A stretch of DNA of 64,000 nucleotides from NCBI GenBank assembly GCA_013265495.1, contig MU057880.1:62001-126000 (forward strand), read 5' to 3'. The position numbers were made by a program, and so were the translations under genes. This stretch comes from Vicugna vicugna (lineage: Eukaryota). Of the stretch, positions 14,200-28,345 are shown piece after piece; the first letter of the stretch is position 1, and the number at the start of each line of letters is the position of its first letter. The notes below the pieces were generated by a model. It was not told where the DNA came from, did not search any database, and was given only the letters and a program-made list of their open reading frames with translations.

Positions 14200-14680
14200 C
14201 TCCCCACCATGTTGCATCTAAACTCCACGTGGTCTCAAAGGCACTACATGCTCTGTCCCCTGCCTGCATTTCCGACCACCACTCCATCCCCATACTCTGC
14301 TCTGGAGTAGCCCCTCTGAGACGCCGTGTTTATTCTTACTTAGGTCTTTTGCATTTGCTATCCCCACTGTCTAGAACCCTTTATCCTTAGAGCTTTACGA
14401 TGCTCATTCCTTTAGTTCATCCAAGTCTCTGATTAAACATCACTTCCCCCAAATACCCTTTCTAGACATCCTGCCAAACACATACACTCACACACACACA
14501 CAATCACATCTAACCTAGTCATATAACCTGCTTTTATCTTCTTAGTGCCAATCACTAAACACAGTCATATTACATATTTATTTACTTGTTTTTTTCAATG
14601 TCTCTGGCTCTAAAAAGTAGGGTCAAGGAGGGCGTGGTCTAGAACAGTGCCTAATACAGGGTAAACAATATTTTTAAGTA
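14200..14680 (+). mobile_element. L2 LINE 3' fragment
   Basis: TTTGCATTTGCTATCCCCACTGTCTAGAAC and CTAGAACAGTGCCTAATACAG resemble the L2 3' end. Confidence 0.6.
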
Positions 14681-15728
14681 GATAAAGTTATTTAATTTAT
14701 TTTATTTATTAATAATTAATAAATAAACCATGAAATAAACCATGAAATAATCATTAAGTAAGTGATGAATAATAAATAAAATGATTTGTGCCTCAAGACA
14801 AAGAAATCATAGACATTTGTCTAGAGGCATGCTCCTTCAAAGTAAACAGCAGAAATGTGTACACTCTTCTCAGAAAGTTGATGTTTTCCGAAGTAGAAGA
14901 TGGACATCACAGGGAAGGCAGGCGTCCTCTGTTCAGCCGGAGCGAGGAGCCTGCATGGATAACATGTCGGCAACAAGCCCCGTAGGAGACATCAGAACTA
15001 TTGTATTAATCAGAGTCTTTAAACTTTATTCTATTCGACACCCAGATAAATGTATGAAACTGCCACATGGTCCTGTAAATCAGCCTGCGTTAGCAAAATG
15101 ATGGCAGCTGTGGACAACGGTGCTTCTGTTGGGTCTCTTTCTGCTCAGTTCAGATGGCTGGGAGTTGATGGCTCACTGAGGATTCTAACTCATTATCCTC
15201 TGGGTGGTCTGAAATCCTGAGTTCATTAGATAACTCTGATACCATTCCGGGGTTGTCATGTCAGCAGGAACGTGTGGAAATCATAAGAAGAACCCATATT
15301 CTCACAAAAGGGTAAGAAATTGAATTTTCCTTTATTTATTTTTTGCTTTGGGTGTTTTGTTTTGTTTTTTTTGGCTTTGTTTATCACACGCTTTATTCAT
15401 ATGCACATGCTTTCTCCAGCGATTCAGTTTCTAACCTTTTATCATATAAGATAATTTGAAATGTACACAACAATGAAACTGTAAGAATGCCCACCAAGGT
15501 GTTATTTATCATTGTAAAAAATTGCAAACAACATTATAATGAAAATTTAGTAACATAACATGGTATAGATACATCAATGAAATATGATGCAACCAATAAA
15601 TGAGGTTATAGAAAGACATATTATCACAAAAATATTTATAATTCATAGTTTAGTGAAAATTAAAATATCTTTCTGAAAAAATAGCACATACACATATATA
15701 TTTTTTATTTTGTGTATATGTGTGTGTG

Positions 15729-16288
15729 TTTTAATTGAAGTATAGTCAATTTACAATGTTGTGTTAATTTCTGGTGTACAGCAGAGTAATTCAGTTATAT
15801 ATATATATATATATTCATTTTCATATTCTTTTTCATTATAAGCTACTGCAAGATATTAAACATAGTTCCCTGTGCTATACAGTAGGACGTTGTTGTTTAT
15901 CTATTTTATATATAGTAGTTAGTACATGCAAATCCCAAACTCCTAATGTATCCCTCCCTACCTTCTTTCCCCCTTGGTAACCATAAGGTTGCTCTCTGTG
16001 TCTGGGAATCTGTTTCTGTTTTGTAAATAAATTAATTTGTGTCAGAATTTTTAGATTCCACATATAAGTGATATCATATAGTATTTTTTTCTCTTCCTGG
16101 CTTATTTCACTTAGAATGTCAGTCCCCAGGTCCATCGTGTTAGTGTAAATGGCATTATTTTATTCTTTTTATTGGCTGAGTAGTATTCCATTGTGTATGT
16201 GTATGTGTATGTGTGTGTGTATTCCATTGTGTATGTGTATGTGTATGTGTGTGTATACCACATCTTCTTTATCCAGTCATACATCCAT
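15729..16288 (-). mobile_element. L1 3' fragment (artiodactyl-type 3'UTR)
   Basis: Reverse 3' end TTAATTGAAGTATAGT. Minus ORFs contain L1 ORF2 C-terminal remnants (DWIKKMWY, MEYYSA...KNKIMPF). Confidence 0.85.
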
Positions 16289-16548
16289 ACCTTTGAAAAC
16301 ATATTGACCTTATATCTGACTATATAAATCTTTACTTTGTTCTTAGTCCTTTATTTTCTTCATCTACCTTCAATAACAATGTGATCAGTGTTGGCCTATT
16401 ACCCAAGGCTGAAATTTCAAAGGCAGCTGATGACTCCTATTCCTTTCAACCTTGCAAAAACAAGATCAAATTCCAGGTGTCTCAGAGCAATCTACCAAAT
16501 ATCTCATCATGAAACTTGATTTTGCATTAAGTACATTGGCCACAACAG

Positions 16549-19500
16549 CCTAAGCACCCACTCTCGGAAACGAGAGAACAAAGAGCTAAAACACTCAGAA
16601 GGAAGGAAATCATGAAAAATTAGAATAGCAACAACAAAAATCAATGGAATTGAAAACAGCAGAACAACAGGAAAAAAAAATCCCAATGAATGAATCCAAA
16701 AGCTGGTTCTTTGAAAAGACCGAAAAAATTGTTACCTCTATGTGGGCTAAACAAAAACAAAAGACAGAGAGAGACAGAGAAAGAAAGAAGACATGTATTA
16801 CTAATATTGGCAGCTAAAGAAGGGAAGTTATCAATACTGACCCAGTGCACATTAAAAGGTTAATAAGGAAATCCTGTGAACAAGTCTATGCCCACAAGTT
16901 AGACAGCTCTGATAAAGTGAACCAAACATTCAAACTGCCAAAATACACTCAAGGAGAAATGAATAAATATCCCCACATCTAATAAAGAAATTGAATTAAT
17001 ATTTTATATTCTTACAGAAAGAACTCACCAGGGCCAGATGGTGACTAACTCTACCAAATATTTTATGAAGAAATAATACCAATTTTCCACAATCTCTTCC
17101 AGGAAATAAAAGAAGAAATACTTCTCAACTCATTTTATGAGCCCCACATGACTCTAATATCAAAGCAAAGATATTACAAAGGACCAATATCCCCCATGAA
17201 CAGAGACAAAAAGCTCTTAATAATATGTTAGCAAATCAAATCCAGCAAAGTTAAACAGGGTAATACATCATGACCAAGAATGCAAGGCTGACTTGGCATC
17301 CATAAATCAACTGATGTGGCCTCACATTATACTCCGAATAAGAAGAAATATATGATCATACCAATAGTTGCAGAAAACCATTTGAAAAAAATTAATCACT
17401 TAAAAAAACTTTAAAAGAAAACTAGGAGCATAAAGGAATATCCTTTACTTAATAAAGAATATATATATAAAATTTGTAGATAACATATTTAGTGGGGAGA
17501 AACTAATGCTTTCCACATAAGATCAGAAATAAGGCAAGGGTATCCTCTTTCTTTGTTCCTATTCAACATTGTACCTGATGTCCTAGTTTATTCAATAAGG
17601 CAGGAAAGAGAAAAATACAGGTATACAAAATTTAAAGGAAAGAATAAAAGTCTTTAATCACAGATGACATGACTGTCTGTGTAGATAGCCCTAAAAATAG
17701 CCAACAGAATAAGTAGCCAACAAAAAACTTCTGGAACAATTAGTGAATTTAGCATGGTAGCTGGATATAAGGTCAATATATTAAAAAGTCAGTTGCTTTC
17801 CTATATATCAGTAAAGAAAAATTAGAATATTAAATTTTAAAATATAATTTACAACTGCACAAAAGGGTAAAATGATAAAATATTGATGAAAGACATCAAA
17901 GAAAAACTAAGTAAATGGAGAGATATTTTGTGTTTGTGGATTGGAAAAATCAACATAGTAAAGATGTCAACTTTTTCTAAATGGATATATAGATTTCATA
18001 CAACCCCATCAAAGTACCAGCAAACGTTTTTGGTGATAACAACAAACTGATTCCAACATTTATATGCTAGAAAAGCAAATGCAATACTGAAAAAGAAAAA
18101 CAAAGTGGGAGGACTCACACTACATTGCTTACTGCAGCATGAAGATTTACTACAAAGCTACAGTAACCAAGACACATAGTGCAATGGAATAAAACAGAGA
18201 GCTTAGAGATAGCCCCACATGGATAAAGTCAACTGATTTTTGACAAAAGCAAAAAGGCATATAATGGATATAATACAAGAAGACTCTTAACCATAAATGC
18301 AGCTGAAATAATTGGCAGTCTGTATTTTTTAAGACAGAAAGAAAGAAAAAATAAGAAAAAACCAGACACAGACCACACATTTTACACTAATATTAACTCA
18401 AAATATACCACCGACCTAGTAAAATGCAAAGTTATAAAACTTCTAGAAGAAGACGTGAGATAAAATCTGAATGACCTGCAGTTTGGTGATGAGTTTAGAC
18501 ACATTTCAACACAGAAAGCACAGTCCCTGAAAGAAAAAATGTATAAGTTGGAATTTTATTTTCTTAAAAAATTGCTCTGCAAAGAACACTGTTAAGGGAA
18601 TGAAAAGAGAAATCACAGACTGAAAAATATTGGCAAATAACTTTTCAGATAAATGACTTGTACACAAAATATACAAAATTACATAATAACAAAACCTCTT
18701 AAACCTCAATAATAATAACCAAAAAATTGAACAAAGAACTCACCAAAAAATATAGACAGTAAACAAGCATATGAAAGTATCCTAACATATTTACCGTTAA
18801 GGAAATGCAAATTAAATGGCAATGGCATTCCACTACACACCCCCTGGAATGGTTTAAACCCAAAATCCAACAGTATCCATTGATGAGTATGTGGAGCAAC
18901 AGGAACTCCCATTCATCGCTGGGGGGGAATGCAAAATGTTAGAACCACTTTGAAAGATATTTTGGCAGTTTCTCCTGAAGCAAGATGTAACCTGACTGGT
19001 GATCAACTCCAGTGTTTGCCAACTGATTTCAAAACTCACATCCACACAGAAAACCTGTACATGAGTGAATAATGAATCAGTTTTATCCATCATCATCAAA
19101 AACTGGATTAACTGAGATGTATTTTAATAGGTGAATAAATGAACACACCATGGTGTTGTCATATAATGCTACTCAGTGATACAAATGGATGAACATCAAC
19201 CCACAGAACAACGTGGATGAATTTTAAGTACACATGGCTAAGTGAGAGAAGCCAGTCTGAAGAGGCAGCATCCTTTATAACTCCATTTATATAACATTCT
19301 GAAAAACAGACTATAGAGAAGGGAAACAGACCAGTGGTTGTCAGGGGATGGATTAGGTAAAGCACAAAGGAATTTTTAGTGCTGTATTTTGTATGCTACT
19401 ATAGAGTTAGACCCATGATGCTATGAATTGGTCAAAACCCATAGAATTTTTCAGCACAAGAAGTTAACCTTAATATACACAAATAAACAAACAAAAAATC

Positions 19501-20997
19501 AAGGCAGTCGGGGATTCCAAGACAGAACACAAACCATGGCAAGAGACTCTAAACCAACTATGTTACAAATGTGTGACCTAACTTCATTGGGGAGAGCAGG
19601 GGCAGATGTCCTTGTGCAAGTAACTTTGGAAATGAGTGGAGACTGTAAGACTGTAGCAAAAAAGAAACTGTAAGCCCTCACTGGACTCCTGTAGGTAAGC
19701 CTGTTTCTTACAGGAGTACAGGGTAACAACCTTAAACCCAAACAGAGGCCAGGATGGAGCAAATAAGTGAATGCATTGTAGATGGTAGAGGCAGGAGTCT
19801 CAGAGCTGGAGGGGAGTTTACAGATAAGCAAGGGGAGAAGGCCGGAAGGATCCACGTGGTCATGGATTGGAGCTGGTGCCATTAATACGGACTCAGGTTT
19901 AATTTACTATAAATAGAGATGGAGAGAGACAGGAATACTTAGAGAAACCTGTTGCCTGGGAGGGTTTAAATGCCGAAAGCACACCCAGCACAGAATCAGG
20001 AACCCTTGAAGAAACAGTTAGTTCTAGGCCTGGGGAATGAATATACAATGTGAGCCCAGGGCATCATTCATCCAGAAAGTAATGAAATGCTATATTAAAC
20101 ACACACACACACACACGCACACACACGCACACACAATGAGCAGGGCTTGTAAAAGGGGCATGGGAGCCAATTGAAAAAGCTCCCAGGGCTAGAACAATTC
20201 TAGCAGCAAAACAGATAACATTTTGGATTGTAACTCAAAGACTGAAATAAATACCATAAACCTGTAGTCATCAAAATAGGTGATTGAACAAATACATAAA
20301 TGGGTGGGAATAGACAAAAGTCCAACATAGAAAGAATTCTGAATGATTTATGTAGACACTGCCCCCTCAAGGCGGTGGAGCATCACTCCCTGGTCCTTAA
20401 GTGTGTGGTTGAGCATAGTGACTTCCTTGCAAAGAATACAGTATAGAAAGGGGGCAAAATGCTCACCTAAGTTAGAGAAACCTGACAACCTGTATCTGAG
20501 CTAAGTGATGATGGCTAGCATTGGCAGTGATAAGTCACGCTGGGAATATGTATCCTTGGTGTGATTTGATAAAAATGTCATTTATCCTTGTGACCTTTCT
20601 CCCAAAACACATGTCCCCCATCTATTCATGGAAAATAGAAAAAAGGTAGACAAACCCAACTGAAAGCCATTCTACAAAATATCTGTCCAGTACTGCTCAA
20701 AATTGTCAAGGCCACTGAAAACAAGGAAAGTCTGAGAAATTGTCACAGCAAAAAAGTATCCCATGGAAATATAACTACTAAATGTTAACCTGTTATCTTG
20801 GATTGGATCTTGGGACAGCAAAAGAAAAAAACTAAAGAAAATGTAAAAGTACAATCCTATAATGCATGAATATCAGTTCACTGATTATAACAAATGTTTC
20901 AGACCAAGGTAAGATGTTAACAGTAAGAGAAACAAGATGCAGAATGTAAGAAAACTCTCTATACTGTATTTGCAACTTTACAATAGATCTAAAAACT
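16549..20997 (+). mobile_element. Old, 5'-truncated, degenerate L1 (L1MC-like): ORF2 remnant plus long 3'UTR
   Basis: A-rich ORF2-like blocks (CCAAAAGCTGGTTCTTTGAAAAGA, CTCAACTCATTTTATGAG, CACAGATGACATGACTG) with many stops. 3'UTR motifs at 19430-20997. Confidence 0.85.
20100..20135. repeat. (CA)n microsatellite with CG interruptions
   Basis: Direct reading. Confidence 0.9.
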
Positions 20998-21008
20998 ACA
21001 TTGCCCTT

Positions 21009-21605
21009 ATGTCCAGAAAATGTGAAAACTCTATATGCACCCCAATGTTCATAGCAGCACTATTTACAATAGCCAAGACATGGGAACAGCCTAAATGTCC
21101 ATCAACGTATGAATAGATCAAGATGTGTATATATGAATATGTGCAATGGAATATTACTCGGCCATAAAAAAGAAATAAATAATGCCACTTGCCGCAACAT
21201 GGATGGACCTAAAGATTATCATACTAAGTGAAGTAAGTCAGAGAGAGAAAGACAAATATCATATCACTTATATGTAGAATCTAAAAAAAAAAAAGGATAA
21301 AAGCAAACTTATTTACAGAGCAGAAAGAGATTCACAGACATAGAAAACAAACTTATGGTTACCAGGGGTTAAGGAGTTGGGGAGAGATAAATTGAGAATT
21401 TGGGATTTTCAGATACACACTACTATATGTAAAATAGATAAACAACAAGGACCCACTGTACAGCACAGGGAAATATATTCAATATCCTTTAATAGCCTAT
21501 ACTAGAAAAAAATCTGAAAAAGTATATATATATATATATAAATATATACAACTGAATCACTTTGCTATAGACGTGAAGCATAAATCAGCTATACTTCAGT
21601 TTAAA
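21009..21605 (+). mobile_element. Younger L1 3' fragment
   Basis: TGCACCCCAATGTTCATAGCAGCACTATTTACAATAGCCAAGACATGG through to CTATACTTCA. Possible TSD ATTGCC(C/T)TT at 21000 and 21703. Confidence 0.85.
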
Positions 21606-21606
21606 T

Positions 21607-21702
21607 ACATATATATGTATGTGTGTGTGCATATATGTGTGTGTGTATGTATGTGTGTGTGTATATATATATACGTGTGTGTGTGTGTGTGTGTGTGTGT
21701 GT
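21607..21702. repeat. Compound (TA)/(TG)n microsatellite at the L1 tail
   Basis: Direct reading. Confidence 0.9.
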
Positions 21703-22030
21703 ATTGCCTTTTATTGCTTAAAAGTTAAGCACAAATTCAAGCTCAAAGAATATACCTTCAATTTTCTAGGAACTAATTATTCTCACTCTCATTTCCAAGT
21801 GAATTATTTAACACAATAAATTAAACTGAGGTTTAAAGAGCTTTACCCTAGATGTCTCTTTAGTTTTAATCAGGAAACTCAAATATGCATAGAGTGTTAC
21901 AGATTGTATGTTCTTTTTAAATTATTATAACATGTGTCTAAGAAGAAAGGGCAAGAAGTCAGTATCTCTTCATTTACCACGAAGAAATGTCCTGATTTGA
22001 AGAGTTGTCTCAGAGATATTTTTTTTACAC

Positions 22031-22481
22031 TGTGTACTGGATTGTGCATTGGTCCCCACCAAAAAAATTCACATCCACTAGTAACCTCAGAATGTGACCT
22101 TATTTGGAAACAGAGTCTTTGAAGATGTAATTAGTTGAATTAAGATGAGGTCATACTGGAATGGGGTGTGCCCTAATCCAATGACTGGTGTCCTCATAGG
22201 AACAGAAAGCAGGCACACAGTGAAAAAAAGAGGGAAGACAGAGACAGAGACAGAGAACTCCAAGTGACTTCGGATGCAGAGATTACAATGATGCAGCTAC
22301 CAGCCAAGAAAAGGCAATTGGTACTCACCAGAAGGAAACACCTCTCCTGAGAGCATTTAGAGACTAACAGTGTCCTGCCAACCTCTTAATTTCAGACTTC
22401 TAGCCTCCAGAACAAATTCCTGTTGTTGCAGACCACTGAGTTTGTGGTCATCTGCCATGGTAGTCCTAAGAAACGAGCACA
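22031..22481 (+). mobile_element. MaLR LTR (MLT1B/C-like)
   Basis: CCTCAGAATGTGACCTTATTTGGAAA, TAAGATGAGGTCATACTGGA, CCCTAATCCAATGACTGGTGTCCT and TTCAGACTTCTAGCCTCCAGAAC are typical MLT1 blocks. Confidence 0.85.
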
Positions 22482-22538
22482 CACAGATTCGCAGGGTGGG
22501 CTGTATACCAGGAGGAGAACGGTGTATCTGTCTTTCTT

Positions 22539-22776
22539 TTTTTTTTTTTTTTGTAACTTTTTTTATTGCTTTACAATCAATGTTACAATGTTGTGTCAAA
22601 TTCCAGTGTTCAGCACAATTTTTCATACATGGACATATACACACTCATTGTCACATTGTTTTTCTCTGTGAGCTACCATAAGATCTTGTGTATATTTCCC
22701 TGCGCTATACAGTATAATCTTGTTTATCTATTCTACAATTTTGAAATCCCAGTCTATCCCTTCCAACCCTCCGCCC
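22539..22776 (-). mobile_element. Young short L1 3' tail insertion
   Basis: Perfect 16-bp TSD TGTATCTGTCTTTCTT (22523-22538, 22777-22792) and a poly(T) tail. Matches the reverse complement of 52660-52915. Confidence 0.9.
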
Positions 22777-24020
22777 TGTATCTGTCTTTCTTACAGCTAA
22801 TTCCTAATGTTGGACCTCTTCTCCTCCAGCCCCTCCAGCCTGCTGAAGCAGGTGGGAGTGTTCAAATGAGCACTAATTCTTCATCTCAGACAACATTACA
22901 TTATCATCATCTTCTCTTATCAGGCCCTCTCTGCTTCTCATCTCTGACAAGCAAATTGTGCTATTTGAATGAAGACACTTCCATTTAATTAATAATTCTT
23001 TTCATAAGTGAATTATCTTCTTTTCTGAGCCCAAGAGCCTAATTTTAGCTTGTTAACCTCATTATGTCCATGAGATCACTTTGGTAATTCTGAATCTTCT
23101 CTGATTTACTTTCTTGACTAAAAATAAAAATAATACCAGATAATCAAATTAAAGGCTCTTCTCCAATTAAATCTTCTGCCTAAAGTGAATATGGCTGAGA
23201 AGCGGGAACTTTTTACTTTTCCGGGAGTATATGTAAAAGGTCTTTGGTCCCAGCCTTCTTGATGTGATCTTTTATTTCTCAAATCCATAACATGCCCTGT
23301 CTACTCCATGACAGTCTGCTGGGGGAAGAAAAAAAAAAAGGTCAAACCTAATTTTCTAGTCCTCAGAAAAGAAGACTTTGAGATTAGCAGTGTTTTTTCT
23401 CACACTCATTCCTATTCTGTAGCCTAAGGAACTGTAAAATATATTAAGATTAATAGAAAAGAAATGAGTTTTAAACTGTGAGCAAAAGAGAGAGCCTTTT
23501 CAAGGTATCTGAGTTCATCCAGCAGAAAAGTGATTTCACAGCTTTGGTGAGGCAGCATCCCTGGCAAGTAAAAATTCTCTTTTTATTCAAGATGGGCAGG
23601 GGTGGAGACCGTCAAACTAAAATAGATGTCCGCTAAGTCCAAAGCAGGCTTCAGTTGCCTGTGAACCAGAAGCCACGGAAGGTAAATAACCAGGTGACAT
23701 TAAGATTCCCAGGAATACAAGTCATTATTTTTACAGAAAACTAATTGCAACAACCTGCTCAGCATTTTCCTCCCAGTATTGATGAGAAAAAAAAGTGGAT
23801 TGACACTAACGAAATAAGACTTGACAAATGAGTGATGCACTCCGCAAGTCCAGACTCCCTAGACGACAACCCTGCTTGTGCGTTCCACATCTTTTCTGAA
23901 TTGCTTTTGTCCATGACAGCCCGTGAAACAATTTCTCTGTCATATGCTCCCTGGGTCAACGTTTATTTGGTATTTGTTATAGAGTAAAATTCAAAGTGAG
24001 CTGTGTGTTCAGTATAAAAA

Positions 24021-24237
24021 TAGACTGGGATTTCAAAATGGTAGAATAGATAAACAAGATTATCCTGTATAGCACAGGGAAATACACACAAGATCTTGTG
24101 GTAGCTCACAGAGAGAAAAATGTGACAATGAATATATATATGTTCATGTATAACTGAAAAATTGTGCTCTACACTGGAATTTGACACAACATTGTAAAAT
24201 GATTACAAATCAATAAAAAATGTTAAAAAATAAAAAA
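24021..24237 (+). mobile_element. Young short L1 3' tail insertion (same subfamily)
   Basis: TAGACTGGGATTTCAAAA...ACACTGGAATTTGACACAACATTGTAAAATGATTAC plus an A-rich tail. Closely matches 52676-52915. Confidence 0.88.
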
Positions 24238-24423
24238 GAATCCAGTAGGATGTGCATCAGTAAACACTGACTATACATGGGCTATGACTGAGCATCAGAA
24301 CTCACTTCTGGGCACGCTTGGAATAAATAAACGCAAGTCACAGCGATGACCATCTACTAGGCTTGTGTCGAATCAGTAAGTGTCATTATTTCCACCTTTG
24401 TCAACAGTCTACCCCCATGGTTG

Positions 24424-24875
24424 TTTCTGTTTCAGTTGGAGTTTCCAGAAAACAGATTTTCAGAAGGGAACTTGCCTGCAGGAGCTGCCCCAGTTATTGT
24501 TATTAGGGGACTAATGAAAACTTGCCTTAAGGAAGTGAGGCAAGAAGACTGGGCAGGAGACACTGAGCTATGAAGCCGACTCAGAAGTGGCCTCGGCCAA
24601 TCTCTGAAGAGCTCTTCAGAGCTCTGAAATATGTCTGGCCCTTCAAAGATGCCCCCAAATGAAGTGAAAGGGCTTTAGAAACCCTATATCAACAAGTCAC
24701 CAGAAGTGGTTGCTCCTGGGGACATGGCTTAATGCTAGGCGGGACAGCTCTCTGTGAAAGGCAGTTGCCAGAGAGGCGCTCAGAGCTGGGCGACCAGCCA
24801 GCAACACCCGAGCATCTGGCATGAGGGTCACAGCCCTGACGGGCATACTAAGCAGAGCATTTCAGCATCCACCAT
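24424..24875 (-). mobile_element. Old ERVL-type LTR (LTR33/LTR16-like)
   Basis: The start TGTTTCAGTTGGAGTTTCCAGAAAACAGA resembles the reversed ERVL LTR 3' terminus. Boundaries are approximate. Confidence 0.5.
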
Positions 24876-25019
24876 GGCTTCCTCTTTGTTCCCAGCTTTT
24901 CTGTCTTTCTCTCTGTTTACTTAATTGTCACTAACCTTATCTGGCTCAACTGCCCTTTTCTCCTGAATCTTCTCACCCTGTACAAGCCTTGGTGCTGATG
25001 GCTTACTGCCATCTTGGTC

Positions 25020-25613
25020 CCCAAATTGCCATCCGGGTCCCCAAATACTCCCCAGCTCTACAGTGCTTGCTCAGAAATCCTTTCTTACTCCAGCTGAGTG
25101 TAGCCAATACGAAAGCTGGTGCATCCCTAGAGTCAGGGAGCAAGGAGGCGCTCCTACTGTCAGAGATGCCGTTGGCGCCCCACCTGTAACCCCTCATCCT
25201 TACCGTTTCCTTTCCTGTGGGCTGAGTGCCAACCACCATGGCTGCACCTCATTGCCTTATGACTTTCTCTGTTTTCCAGGATCTCATTTTGCCCATCTGT
25301 ATGCAAACCAGGGAGGCCTGGGAGAATCTAAACCGATGACCAGTGAAAACTGGAATATAAAGTACCTGAGATCTCATACTGCTCACCTGGAATTGTCCTG
25401 GTGTATGCGTTCTACAACCCAGCGCTCAGATTTCCCCAGTGGGTCAAACTCCAAGAACCCATAGTGGTGACTTGATTACACACTCTTTATTGGGAGCCTT
25501 CCCTTCCTGGTCTCACTCCTCGATGAAGTTTCCTGGGATCATCTCCCAAATAAAATACTTAAAGTCAAATCCTTACATAAAGATCTAGTTCTTGGATAAC
25601 GCAATTGAAGACA
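25020..25613 (+). mobile_element. Old ERVL-type LTR (LTR16-like)
   Basis: 3' end TTCCTGGGATCATCTCCCAAATAAAATACTT...AAATCCTT...AAGACA. Confidence 0.6.
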
Positions 25614-27731
25614 GCCATATTAGTCCAAATGCCCTCGAGGAACAAATTTAAGTTGGTGTCAGAAGAGAGGAGTATGGGGAAAAACAAGCAGACGAATTTT
25701 ATAAATGAAGACAAGCCAAAGGAAGAACAAAGTTAAGATAAGAACAAAACGTGTCAGAAAACTCGTCAGAGGATTGACAACTGATGTATTTTTTTCCCAC
25801 TACATATTTTAGTTTAAAGCCAGCATATGCCTGAAGTAACATTATTATGAGATTTACAGACATTGTTAGTCATCATCTCATCACCAATAAAGACATAAAG
25901 ACATAAACAAATGAATAAATAAATTTTAATACGTAAGCCCATTGCATGTATCCCAGGGACGGGAAACAAAAAGATAGATTTGTACAGTAAACATTTGGTG
26001 TTTGTTAATTGTCCAGCCTCAAACACTCCCCTCACCATTAATGCCATTCTCTTTCTTTTGAGGGTCCTGTGTATCTTCTTTCGAGGTGGCACCCACCTCT
26101 TACTAAGGAAGCCAAAGCAGTGGCTTGCTCTCCCTGCTCCAGCATGATTAACTGAACAGGCTCATCAAGAACTTGAACTTTAAGTGATCAGACATGTTTC
26201 GAGGCTGGAGGTCACTGTCACCAGTGTCATCAGCATTTGGATCAAAGTGTTTCCAGGGAATGACTGTGCCTGTGGAATCTTCCCAAGCTGCCAAGCTCCT
26301 ATTTTTCAATGTAACTTTTAGCCTCCAACCAGTTCCATGAATCCCTAATATCCATTCAATAGACACCATTTTGGCTAAGGGAGGTAGACTGATGCTGGTA
26401 TACCAGGAGTATGCAGCAGCCAAGAGGTCCTCAGGGAAACATGGGCAATTTGGGATTGGTTACCTGGCCATGAAGGAGTAGTCCACTGAACTTCTGTACG
26501 ATTTCTATGAGACCATTTAGAGCTCCCTGATACTTATCATTGCAAAGCCTTCATCTTCAGACCTTTCCAGCATCTTCCTTTAATGTGCTTATTTTTGTTT
26601 TTGTTCTCAAAGAAATCCAATGTATATTTTTTTAAGTTATACACTTATATGAATTTTATCATTTGTCTACATCAAAGTCCATATGACACTGTTTAATAAT
26701 TCTAAAATTAGTCATTTGTGTAAACCTGACCTAAAGTTCAAATGTAGATCTCACAACTGCCCATTTTCTGAATCTGACTGATGTCACACATTAGAAAAGA
26801 AATATATTTCCCATGACTGATTTATTTTAACTTACATTAAGAGCCAATGCAGAAGAATATTGCTAAATTCACTAATAAAGTACTGTGAGAAAAGATTGAG
26901 AAAGTAAAACTGAAAAACTAAATCCCTCCATAAAAATTTTCAAAATGATGATTTTCAAATAGATTCTCATTTGAAAAATCAAATTAAAATTGCCTATTTT
27001 TAACATTAAAAATATGAGACTCCTTCTATTTAAAATTAGCTAAGAGAAAATGAAATTTAAGCCAAAGAGGGACATCTGTGTAGTTGGTATGTGAGTATAT
27101 TTCAACTATATCATGTTAATTGACCCAAGACATCTTCCATTGTTTTGATTATCTGCCTGATTTATCAGGAAATGGAGTGGGAAAGCAAAGATTACTGTGT
27201 GGTTATATTTGTCTTAATTTTTAAACTGTTTAGTTTCATTTATCTGAAAGAAACACTTCTGTATTTCTTTAAAGACTTAAGGCAATTGATTTAAATCCAG
27301 ACATGAAGTCTTTCCCAGGGTGGAGAGACAGCAGTAAAGACATGAGTGTATAGGATCTAGCGGGGGTCTAGGTCCACATATTGATCCAACCAAAGAGAAG
27401 TTTACTTAGACAGGGCAGATCTGATTAATATTCAAGGAAACAGACTTCATATTCATATCATTATTTGTTGATAAACAAAACCATCCATTCCTTTTGTATC
27501 TTGACCTCCCAAAAGAGAGGGAAGGGTGGATTTTAGGATTATACACCACTTAGAACATAATCTCTCTTGACCATACCAATGATCTACCAAATAACAAATT
27601 GCCAAAAGGCGAAGTAGCTTTAATTTAGAGATCTGACATATTACTTCCCACTACACACTTTAAAAGAGCTCCTTTGGTAAACTAGATGAAGAGTAGGATT
27701 TTTAAATTTTACTCCCCCATAGCCTATGCAC

Positions 27732-27889
<158 letters not shown>

Positions 27890-27890
<1 letters not shown>

Positions 27891-28345
27891 CTCTTTAACA
27901 TGCCATGCAAGATTTTGCAAGATCTGGATACTATAAGCTTCTTACTTACCCGCCTCCACATAAACCACTGACCCTGCAATACTGAACTTCTGGAAGTGTC
28001 ATGAATATATTAGGCCTTTTTATGTGCTTCTACTTAAAGTGCTCTCTTTCTCTATTCCCTTATTTAAGGCTTATCTCAGATAGTGTCTCCTATGATAAAA
28101 TTTTCCTTATGCCCCAAACTTTAGCCTCTCTTCTACTGCTGCATGGCCTCTTTTTCACAGTCTTATGAGTACCTTGATGGTTTGTTTCCAGAAAGAAAAA
28201 AAAATCATTGAAAGAATCTTCAAGGAGACTGTGAGCATCTTGGTGGCAGGTGTCATGACTTACTCTCTGAATCTCAAATAGCTAGCACAGGAACTGGCAT
28301 ATGCTGGGTCTTGACATATTTTTATCTCACAAATGAGAGAATAAA
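27890..28345 (+). mobile_element. L2 LINE 3' fragment
   Basis: GACTGTGAGCATCTTGGTGGCAGG and GCTAGCACAGGAACTGGCATAT resemble the L2 3' end. Confidence 0.55.

Noticed and set aside
14721..14750. Short tandem duplications (AAATAAACCATG here; similar ones near 28628 and 43941)
   Set aside because: Ordinary slippage duplications with no spacer structure. There is no CRISPR-like array.
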